Source: an uncultured Gemmatimonadota bacterium (lineage in GTDB: Bacteria; Blakebacterota; Blakebacteria; Blakebacterales; Blakebacteraceae). Taken from it: 45,352 bases of DNA. Under the pieces are notes generated by a model. It was given only the letters and a program-made list of their open reading frames with translations, was not told the origin of the DNA and made no database searches. Every line of letters begins with the position of its first letter. Positions within the stretch are counted from its first letter, which is position 1. Location of the stretch: positions 1 to 45,352 of the forward strand of contig CAZNUA010000029.1 in NCBI GenBank assembly GCA_964576115.1. Direction: 5' to 3'. A program made the position numbers and the translations under genes. Shown here piece after piece: positions 9,694 through 17,740 of this stretch.

Positions 9694-10071
9694 TCACGCT
9701 TCCGTGATGACCACGGCCATGGTGGCCGTGTCGGTTCCCGAGAACGAGACCATGATCCGTTCGACACCGAGTTCGGTCGCCAGTGCCCGCATCCGGCCGG
9801 TGAGGTTCACGCGCGCGCCACCACCGGGGTCGATCTCGATTTCCATCTCGGACCAGTGCACCCCGCTCTCGGGGATCTGCCCCAGAGCCTTGATGAGCGC
9901 TTCCTTGGCCGCGAACCGGGCGGCGTAGTGACGGGCCGGATGGCGCTGTTTCTCGCACCAGGCCCGCTCGGCCGGGGTGAAGACGTCGTCCCGGAACCCG
10001 CCTCCTTCACGGGCCAGTTCCCGCTCCATCCGGGACACGTCCAGAATGTCACAGCCAACGCCGAGAACCAT
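9694..10071 (-). CDS. acpS: Holo-ACP synthase (phosphopantetheinyl transferase)
   Basis: MVLGVGCDILDVSR, FTPAER, YAARFAAKEALIKALG, IMVSFSGT; ATG 10071 preferred over 10092. Confidence 0.88.
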   Translation of the reverse strand: MVLGVGCDILDVSRMERELAREGGGFRDDVFTPAERAWCEKQRHPARHYAARFAAKEALIKALGQIPESGVHWSEMEIEIDPGGGARVNLTGRMRALATELGVERIMVSFSGTDTATMAVVITEA

Positions 10072-10258
10072 ACACCTGCTCAGCCCGCTCAAGGGAAATG
10101 GGTGTCCAGCGAGGGTGCCGGGTACCCGCGGAAAAGCCGCCGGGGGCGATTCCGGACCCGCAACTCCGCCAGGCTCCTAGTAGTTAAATCGGAAAGCGCC
10201 CGCTGTCCATACCGATATCAGACTGTGGTATCAGACCGGTGCGTTTTTCCGGGGGACG

Positions 10259-11715
10259 TCACCGCCCGGGCATCAGACGCCTGATCGCCATGATCCCCGC
10301 CGCCGGTCCCAGGGCCAGGACGGGGAAGGCCCAGCGCCAGCCGAGGACACCTTCGAGCACCGGGATGAGCTGGATGGTGGCCATGGTGAGCAGAAAGCCG
10401 ATCGAAGTCTGCAGGGTCAGGGCGGTGCCCACGGCATGGGCCGGAGCTACCTCGGTGACGATGGCGCTGAACTGGGCCGAGTCAGCCACCACGAAAAAGC
10501 CCCAGACCCAGGCCAGGGGAGCGAGGACGAGCAGACCGGCATCCAGGAAGAAGCCGATGCCGAGCGAGCAGAGCCCGCTCGCGATCATGGCGATGATAAC
10601 CAGTCGCTCCCGACCGACCCGATCGGCCACCAGCCCCCCCCAGACACACCCCGCACCACCGGCGGCGATGGCCCCGAAGGCGGCCANNNNNNNNNNNNNN
10701 NNNNNNNNNNNNNNNNNNNNNNNNNNNNNNNNNNNNNNNNNNNNNNNNNNNNNNNNNNNNNNNNNNNNNNNNNNNNNNNNNNNNNNAGCCCCCCCCAGAC
10801 ACACCCCGCACCACCGGCGGCGATGGCCCCGAAGGCGGCCAGATCCACGATCCAGGAGGGTGTTCCTCCGGCTGCGGCCGTGCCGCTCATGACTGATCCG
10901 GCTCCAGCCGCAGCTCCCACGCCTGCCGCGGCTCCTGTTCCCGTGGCCGCGATGGCGGCCGCAGCCAGGAAAGCCGGCACCCAGGTCCACATGGCGTAGA
11001 GCTCCCACATGTGTCCGAGGTAACCGCCGATGGCCAGCCGGGTAGGGCGGTGGCGGATGACGCCGGTGACCAGGCGCCAGTCAAAGGAGCGGCGCTCGAA
11101 TGGGTACGGGCCGTCGCGGTATCCGAAGGCCACCAGCAGAGATGCCAGCAGGGCCCCGGCCGAGGCGGTCAGCACCACCCCCGCGAAGCCCACGTCGTTG
11201 AAGGCGCGGACCAGGTAGGGGGTGGCCTTGCCCACCGTCAGGGCGCCCACCACCGTGCCGATGGCCAGTCCCCGGGCAGAACGGAACCAGGTCGCGATCA
11301 TCTTCATGGCCGGCGGGTAGACCCCGGCCAGGAAGAAGCCGGTCAGAAAACGCCAGACCAGAGCCGGGCCGTAACCGGGGACGAGGACCAACAGGGCGTT
11401 GGCCACTGCGCCGAGCAGGGCCGAGGCGGCGAAGAAGATCCGCGAGGGGATGATGTCGGCCAGGTTCAGGATCGCCGCCAGCAGGGTGCCGGCCACGAAT
11501 CCGAGCTGGACCACGGTCGTGAGCCAGGCGCTCTGATCGGTCGAGAGACCCCACAGCACCTGCAGGCGGGGAGCCACCGCGCTGGCCGTGAACCAGAGCG
11601 CCATGCCCAGCAGTTCGGCGGCACTGAGCAGGGCCAGGATGCGCCAGCGGGCCGGATGGGTATCGGTCGGGCCTGCGGAGGCTGTATCGGTTTCGGTCGG
11701 ACCGGTGCCGTTCAT
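10259..11715 (-). CDS. MFS transporter; intact once the false gap is collapsed
   Basis: Right part (QLGFVAGT, GVYPPAMK, GHMWELYAMW) and left part (GLVADRVGR, VVADSAQFSA, GTALTLQTSIGF) join at the 55-bp duplicate flanking the gap. Confidence 0.85.
10632..10841. other. Assembly artifact: 100-N gap flanked by identical 55-bp sequence
   Basis: 10632-10686 equals 10787-10841. Confidence 0.9.
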
Positions 11716-11820
11716 GGTCACACGATAGTCGAAACTGCGACGTCGGCGATAATGAAGAACCCCGGCCAGAACAATCGGATGGTTTTTCAGTGCAACTTTT
11801 AGAACAGCAAGTGCGTTTAT

Positions 11821-11832
11821 CTAAACTGTTAG
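11821..11832 (+). promoter_or_regulatory. Putative PadR operator
   Basis: CTAA-ACTG-TTAG dyad; 9-mer TAAACTGTT also lies just upstream of the second padR (41563-41571). Confidence 0.4.
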
Positions 11833-11905
11833 GACAACCAGTTTGGACAACCGGGTTGGACAATCAGGTTGGGCAATCGGTTTGGTCAATCTGGCGGGGC
11901 AATCC
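11828..11905 (+). repeat. 6 x 13-bp imperfect tandem repeat upstream of padR
   Basis: gttaggacaacca/gtttggacaaccg/ggttggacaatca/ggttgggcaatcg/gtttggtcaatct/ggcggggcaatcc. Confidence 0.85.
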
Positions 11906-11945
11906 GGTTAAATCAGGCCGGTGGACGATGACAGGGAGGCTGGTC

Positions 11946-12296
11946 ATGACACGTATCGGGAGCCGGGGTTTCTACGGCGAAATCGACATTCTCGTTCTGA
12001 AAACCCTGAGTGGCGGCGAATCGTTGCACGGCCTGGCCATCATCGACGCCGTGCGCGAGAGTTCGGGCGAGTACCTGCAGATCGATGATGCCGCCCTCTA
12101 TCCGGCCCTGCACCGTCTGCATCGCAAGGGCCTGCTCAAAGGGGAGTGGCGCATTTCGGACAAGAAACGCCGGGCCAAGTTCTACGAGATCACGCCCGCC
12201 GGGCGTAATGAACTGGCCCGGGCGCTCGAGGAATGGACCGCCCACACCCGGGCCATGGGTCAGGTCCTCGATATCCAGCCGGAGGATCTGCAATGA
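11946..12296 (+). CDS. PadR family transcriptional regulator (ADOP-associated type)
   Basis: GGGAGG RBS; GEIDILVLKTL, HGLAI, ALYPALHRL, GEWRISDKKRRAKFYEITPAGR; stop overlaps permease start (ATGA). Confidence 0.92.
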   Translation: MTRIGSRGFYGEIDILVLKTLSGGESLHGLAIIDAVRESSGEYLQIDDAALYPALHRLHRKGLLKGEWRISDKKRRAKFYEITPAGRNELARALEEWTAHTRAMGQVLDIQPEDLQ

Positions 12297-14962
12297 GCGC
12301 TGGGGAGAAGTGGCGGCCGCTGCTGCGGCGTGAGGACACACCCGAGCAGATCACCCGGAACATCGGAGCCGAGTTCGACGCCCACGTCGAGCTGCGGGTG
12401 GAGCAACTCAAGGCTGAAGGCCTGAGCGAGGAGGAAGCCCGGGCCCGGGCCGAGAGCCTGCTCGGCGATGCCGGCCGGGCAGCCGAACTGTGCGAGCGGA
12501 CCGACCGATCGTGGCTGCTGCGCGAACGGGTGGGGCACTTTCTCGGTTCGATCGTGAGCGATACGCTCTATGCCCTGCGCATCTTCCGGACCAGTCCGCT
12601 CTTTGCTCTCATGGCTGTTCTCTGCCTGGCGGTCGGGATCACCTTCGTGACCTCGATCTACAGTTTTCTCGACGGGATTTTGATCGATCCGCTCCCTTTC
12701 GAGGAGGCCGACGAACTGGTCATGGTCGGGCAGGATGCCACGACCCCCGAGGATTGGAACTGGATGTGGTCCTCCTATCCCGATTTCGCCGACTGGGAGT
12801 CCAGGAATCACGTCTTCGAGAACCTGGCGGCCTTTGCCTGGGCAAGATGCGCCATCACCGACCTCGACGATCCGGTCCGCCTGTCCAGCTGTCTCGTGAC
12901 CGACGCCTTCGACGATGTCCTCGGCATCACGCCGTTCCTGGGACGGGCTTTCAGCCCGGATGATTACCTGCCGGGAGCCGAACCGGTCGTTCTGCTCGGC
13001 CATGGGATCTGGCAGCGCGCCTATGGTGGCGATCGGGATGTCCTCGGCCGCTGGATCACCATTGACGGTGAGCACCGTCATCAGATCGTGGGCATCATGC
13101 CCCCCCGGTTCGATTTTCCCTGCTTCATGGAGATCTGGCGTCCCCTGCGAAGCGAGGAAGCACATCCGCGCACGAGGGACATCTACGTTACCTTCGGGCG
13201 TCTTCGCGAGGGCGTGTCTCTCGAAACCGCCCGGGCCGATATGCTCCAGATCGGCAACGTGCTGGCGGAAGAGTATCCGGAGAACGCGGAGCGGGGCGAG
13301 GTGCAGGTGGTTCCGTACGGTTCCTTTCAATTCCAGCCCCTGCGAGGTCCGCTCCTGACGATCCTGGTGGTCGCCGGCCTGGTTCTGCTGCTGGCCTGCT
13401 CCAATCTGGCCAATCTCATGTTGTCACGCACTATCGGCCGGAGGCGGGAACTTGCGGTGCGGGCCACCCTCGGCGCCGGCCGCGGCCGCCTGATCCAGCA
13501 GGTGCTTGTCGAGAGCCTCATCATCGCCCTGGCCGGGGGGGTCGTCGGGGTCGTGCTCGGACGCCTGGGATTGAATCTCCTCCTGAACGGTATTCAGCGC
13601 GCGGTTCCGACCTTCCTGCAGTTCGACATGAATGTCCGGGTGCTGGCTTCTCTGGCTGGAATCATCGTGCTGACCGGACTCGTCTTCGGCATGGCTCCAG
13701 CCCTGGCGGTTCGACGGGGCAGGCTGGGAACCTCACTGCGCAGTGATTCTCTCCGGATGAGTTCGGGGAAGAAGCACACCGTGATGCGTTCGGCTCTGGT
13801 CACCTTCCAGATCGCCCTGGCCACGATCATCCTGACCGTTACCGGTCTGGTGGTGCAGAGCTTTCTGGCGAGCCGGACCCACCACCTCGGAGTGGATACC
13901 GATCACCTGCTCGGGCAGTATCTGGACCTGCCTCAGTGGGCGTATCCGACATCGGGGGACCGGTCCGCCTTCTTCCATGCCGGTGTGGATAGGCTCCGAA
14001 GCCAACCGCAGATCGAAGCCGCTGCCTATATCTCCCATGCTCCAGCGGCCCCACTCGACTGGCGGACGGGGATCTGCACCTCGGTAACCGTTCTGAACAG
14101 CGAGCAACCGTATGTGAGCACCCGCGCCCGGATCGTCTCCCCCGGATATTTCACCACCGCCGGCATCACCCTGCTCGCCGGGCGTGATTTCAGAGATGCC
14201 GACCTGAACCAGGATCGAAAGTGCGCCGTCGTGAATGAAACCCTGGCCCGCATTCTCTGGCCCGGATCCGATCCCGTCGGTCGTTCGTTCTTCCGGTCGT
14301 ATGAGCCTGATCCCGAGCGGGTTCACGAGGTCGTAGGCGTGGTTGGCGATGTCCGCCATGGTGGGCCGGGCGTAGCGGCTGGACCGTGCTATTATGTCCC
14401 CTTGAGTCCGCAGACTACCCGCTCCACGGGCTGGTTGATTGTACGATCGAGCGGAGAGCCGCTCTCTCTGGCTCCGGTTCTGCATGCGACCATCCGTGAT
14501 CTGGATCCCCAACTGGCCAAAGCCGCCCCGCAGACGATCGCCGAACTGGCCCGGGCGCTGAACTGGCGCACCATCCTCTTCGCCTGGATCCTCGGTATTA
14601 TCGCGGTCTTCGCGTTGGTGCTCGCCCTGGTGGGGATCGTCGGGATCATCTCGTATGCCGTGTCCAACCGGCGGCGCGAGTACGGGATCCGCCTGGCTCT
14701 TGGTGCCGGTACCGGTTCGATCACCCGGGGGGTTCTCCGCCATGGAGCGACGATGGCGGGTTGCGGTGTCGCGGCCGGCATGGTCGTGGCCATCGCGGCG
14801 ATGCGGTTCCTGTCGAGCATGCTGCTCAATACCGATGCCCGTGATCCGATCATCTACGCTTTTGTCATCACCTTCCTGATCACCGTCACCCTGCTGGCCG
14901 GCTGGCTGCCGGCCCGCCGGATCGGTCGGATCGATCCGGTCGAGGTGCTGCGGGAGGAATGA
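12293..14962 (+). CDS. ADOP duplicated permease copy 1 (889 aa, N-terminal permease-prefix domain)
   Basis: AEFDAHVELRVEQLKAEGLSEEEARARA prefix; LVLLLACSNLANLML, RRRELAVRATLGAGRGRL, RRREYGIRLALGA, IDPVEVLREE. Confidence 0.92.
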   Translation: MSAGEKWRPLLRREDTPEQITRNIGAEFDAHVELRVEQLKAEGLSEEEARARAESLLGDAGRAAELCERTDRSWLLRERVGHFLGSIVSDTLYALRIFRTSPLFALMAVLCLAVGITFVTSIYSFLDGILIDPLPFEEADELVMVGQDATTPEDWNWMWSSYPDFADWESRNHVFENLAAFAWARCAITDLDDPVRLSSCLVTDAFDDVLGITPFLGRAFSPDDYLPGAEPVVLLGHGIWQRAYGGDRDVLGRWITIDGEHRHQIVGIMPPRFDFPCFMEIWRPLRSEEAHPRTRDIYVTFGRLREGVSLETARADMLQIGNVLAEEYPENAERGEVQVVPYGSFQFQPLRGPLLTILVVAGLVLLLACSNLANLMLSRTIGRRRELAVRATLGAGRGRLIQQVLVESLIIALAGGVVGVVLGRLGLNLLLNGIQRAVPTFLQFDMNVRVLASLAGIIVLTGLVFGMAPALAVRRGRLGTSLRSDSLRMSSGKKHTVMRSALVTFQIALATIILTVTGLVVQSFLASRTHHLGVDTDHLLGQYLDLPQWAYPTSGDRSAFFHAGVDRLRSQPQIEAAAYISHAPAAPLDWRTGICTSVTVLNSEQPYVSTRARIVSPGYFTTAGITLLAGRDFRDADLNQDRKCAVVNETLARILWPGSDPVGRSFFRSYEPDPERVHEVVGVVGDVRHGGPGVAAGPCYYVPLSPQTTRSTGWLIVRSSGEPLSLAPVLHATIRDLDPQLAKAAPQTIAELARALNWRTILFAWILGIIAVFALVLALVGIVGIISYAVSNRRREYGIRLALGAGTGSITRGVLRHGATMAGCGVAAGMVVAIAAMRFLSSMLLNTDARDPIIYAFVITFLITVTLLAGWLPARRIGRIDPVEVLREE

Positions 14963-14980
14963 GGAAAAGGAGGATCTGTC

Positions 14981-17650
14981 GTGAGTGAGCGGGAGAAGTG
15001 GCGGCCGCTGCTGCGGCGTGAGGACACACCCGAGCAGATCGCCCGGAATATCGATGCCGAGTTCAATGCTCACCTTGAACTGCGCATCAAACAGCTCATG
15101 GACGAGGGGCTGAGTGAGGAAGATGCCCGAGCCCGGGCCGAGAGCCTGCTTGGAGATGCCGAACGGGCGGCTGTGCTCTGCGAGCGGACCGACCGGTCGT
15201 GGCTGCTGCGCGATCGGGTGGGGCATTTCCTCGGCTCGGTTGCGGGTGATGTCGGATATGCCCTGCGCATCTTCCGGACCAGTCCGCTTTTCGCCTGTAT
15301 GGCCGCCCTCTGTCTGGCCGTCGGGATTACTTTCGTCACTTCGATCTACAGTTTTCTCGACGGAATTCTGATAAATCCGCTCCCTTTCGAGGAGGCCGAC
15401 GAACTGGTCATGGTGGGAACACATGACTATGTGTCCGGTGACGGGCGTTACTTGGGCTCCACCTACCCTGATTTTCTGGATTGGGAGACCAGAAACCATG
15501 TCTTCGAGCACCTGGCGATCTTTGTCTGGGGGGCTTTTACCATTACCGACCTCGACGATCCCGTACGCGTCGCCAGTAATGAGGTTTCCGCCGCCTTCAC
15601 CGATGTCCTTGCTGTCACCCCTGTGCTGGGTCGCGGCTTCACTCCCGACGATTATCGGTCGGGTGCTGAACCGGTCGTTCTGATCTCTCACGGGCTCTGG
15701 CAGCGTGCCTGGGGGGGTGATCCCGACATCCTCGGCCGCCTGATCACCCTGAACGGGGTGAACCGGTACCAAGTGGTGGGAGTCATGCCGCCTCATTTTA
15801 CCTTCCCCGATTACCGGGATCTGTGGATCCCCTTTCGACCTGCTGAACCCGGTCCCCGCAGCTTCCCGCGACACATCACCTTCGGCCGTCTGCGTGACGG
15901 GGTCTCACTGGATGCGGCTCGAGCGGAGATGCACCAGATCGGGATTCAGGTAGCGGCGGAACATCCGGAGATCGAGGGACGGAGGGAGGTGCGGGTGGTC
16001 CGGTACGGACCATTCTTCACAGACCCATTGCGCCAGCCGCTTCTGATCATCTTCATCGTGGCCTGCCTGGTGTTGCTGCTGGCCTGCTCGAACCTGGCCA
16101 ATCTCATGCTCAGCCGGGCCACGGGCCGGGCTCGTGAGCTTTCGTTGCGGGCCGTACTCGGTGCCGGACGCGGTCGCCTGATCCAGCAGGTGATGATCGA
16201 GAGTCTTGTCATCGCCCTGGCCGGAGGCGTTCTCGGGATCGTCTTCGGGCGTCTGGGATTGAAACTGCTCCTGGCCCATGTCCCCATCGAGCTGCCGGGA
16301 TTCATGCAGTTCGAGTTGAATCCCGGTGTGCTGGCGGCACTGTCGGGGTTTGTAATCCTGTCAGGATTCATCTTCGGGCTCGCCCCGGCGCTGGCGGTAC
16401 GGCGGGGGGCTTTGGGATCCTCACTGCGCAGCGACAGCTTACGAATGAGCAGCGGGAGGAGGCATTCTCTGATCCGCTCCGGGCTGGTCGTGGTGCAGAT
16501 CTCTCTGGTGACCGTCATCCTGCTTGTTACCGGCATGGTCATGAAGAGCTATCACGCGAGTCATGCAGCCCAGCTGGGCAGCGAGAACAACCGTCTGCTG
16601 GCACAGTATGTGAGCCTGGGATCCTGGGCCTATCCGGAGCAGGAGTCCAGCCTGGCGTTCTTCAGTGAAGCGGTTGACAGGCTGCGGAACAGCCCGGGGG
16701 TCGTCGACGCCTATTACGCAACTTCGGCTCTAGCAAATATGACCAATAGTATGGAGTCCATCTACAGCGACGAGACCATACGGAACAGCGCGCAATCCTT
16801 GTTTTGGTGCAATTGCTGGGTCGTCTCCCCGGGGTACTTAACTTCAACGGGTGTCTCGCTGCTTGCGGGTCGCAGCTTCACCGAGTTGAGCGAGGGTGAA
16901 AGGTCGAAAGCGATCATCGTCAACGAAGCTCTGGCCCGCCGGCTCTGGGCCGACGGCAAGGCCCTGGGTCGTTCCTGCTACCGGTCTCGCGAACCGGATC
17001 CCGAGCATGTCTTCACCGTCGTGGGAGTGATTGCCGATGAGCAGTTCAGCAGTTCGGGAGCGGCAGCCGGGCCCCGGTTATATCAGCCCCTCGTTCGTGA
17101 CACCAGCCGCAGATACGGCTGGCTGTTGGTAGAATCAGGCGGCGAACCGCGGGATCTGGCTCCAGTTCTGCGGGAGACCATCAGAGATCTCGATCCGCAT
17201 CTGGCTCTGACAGCTCCCCGGACAGTCGACGAACTGCTCCGGGAGAGAAACTGGCGCACCGTCGTGTTCGCTTGGATTCTCGGCGTGATCGGGATTTTCG
17301 CTCTGCTTCTGACGGTGGTGGGAATCGTCGGGGTGGTCAGCTATGCGGTGACGAGCCGCCGGCGCGAGTTCGGTATTCGTCTGGCCTTGGGAGCTCGAGC
17401 TGCTTCCGTCACACGGAATGTGCTGGGCAGGAGTGCGCTGAGGGCGGGGGTCGGGATCGCGATCGGTCTGGCCATCGCCCTGGCCACCATGCAATTCCTT
17501 TCCAGGATTCTTGATAATGCCGAACCGCACGATCCGGTCATCTATGCCGTCGTCATCGCTTTCCTGGTTACCGTCACTCTACTGGCCAGTTACCTGCCGG
17601 CCTACCGGATCGGACGGATCGATCCGGTCGAGGTACTGCGGGAGGAATGA
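14981..17650 (+). CDS. ADOP duplicated permease copy 2 (889 aa)
   Basis: AGGAGG RBS and GTG start; same architecture and length as copy 1. Confidence 0.92.
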   Translation: MSEREKWRPLLRREDTPEQIARNIDAEFNAHLELRIKQLMDEGLSEEDARARAESLLGDAERAAVLCERTDRSWLLRDRVGHFLGSVAGDVGYALRIFRTSPLFACMAALCLAVGITFVTSIYSFLDGILINPLPFEEADELVMVGTHDYVSGDGRYLGSTYPDFLDWETRNHVFEHLAIFVWGAFTITDLDDPVRVASNEVSAAFTDVLAVTPVLGRGFTPDDYRSGAEPVVLISHGLWQRAWGGDPDILGRLITLNGVNRYQVVGVMPPHFTFPDYRDLWIPFRPAEPGPRSFPRHITFGRLRDGVSLDAARAEMHQIGIQVAAEHPEIEGRREVRVVRYGPFFTDPLRQPLLIIFIVACLVLLLACSNLANLMLSRATGRARELSLRAVLGAGRGRLIQQVMIESLVIALAGGVLGIVFGRLGLKLLLAHVPIELPGFMQFELNPGVLAALSGFVILSGFIFGLAPALAVRRGALGSSLRSDSLRMSSGRRHSLIRSGLVVVQISLVTVILLVTGMVMKSYHASHAAQLGSENNRLLAQYVSLGSWAYPEQESSLAFFSEAVDRLRNSPGVVDAYYATSALANMTNSMESIYSDETIRNSAQSLFWCNCWVVSPGYLTSTGVSLLAGRSFTELSEGERSKAIIVNEALARRLWADGKALGRSCYRSREPDPEHVFTVVGVIADEQFSSSGAAAGPRLYQPLVRDTSRRYGWLLVESGGEPRDLAPVLRETIRDLDPHLALTAPRTVDELLRERNWRTVVFAWILGVIGIFALLLTVVGIVGVVSYAVTSRRREFGIRLALGARAASVTRNVLGRSALRAGVGIAIGLAIALATMQFLSRILDNAEPHDPVIYAVVIAFLVTVTLLASYLPAYRIGRIDPVEVLREE

Positions 17651-17740
17651 AATGGAGAAAGTACCCGCGGAGGGGCGCGTGATCGGTCATGCCGGCATCG
17701 GTAATGCGCCGATGCTGGTAATCCGACGGGAGAAGATGTC

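Noticed and set aside
10259-11721. Frameshifted MFS pseudogene
   Set aside because: Frame change is explained by the false gap plus 55-bp duplication
11828-11905. CRISPR array
   Set aside because: 13-bp units are contiguous with no spacers; no cas genes in window
13733-15874. 713-aa minus-strand ORF (also 39488-41311 plus and 23120-24223 plus)
   Set aside because: Antisense shadows of well-supported genes
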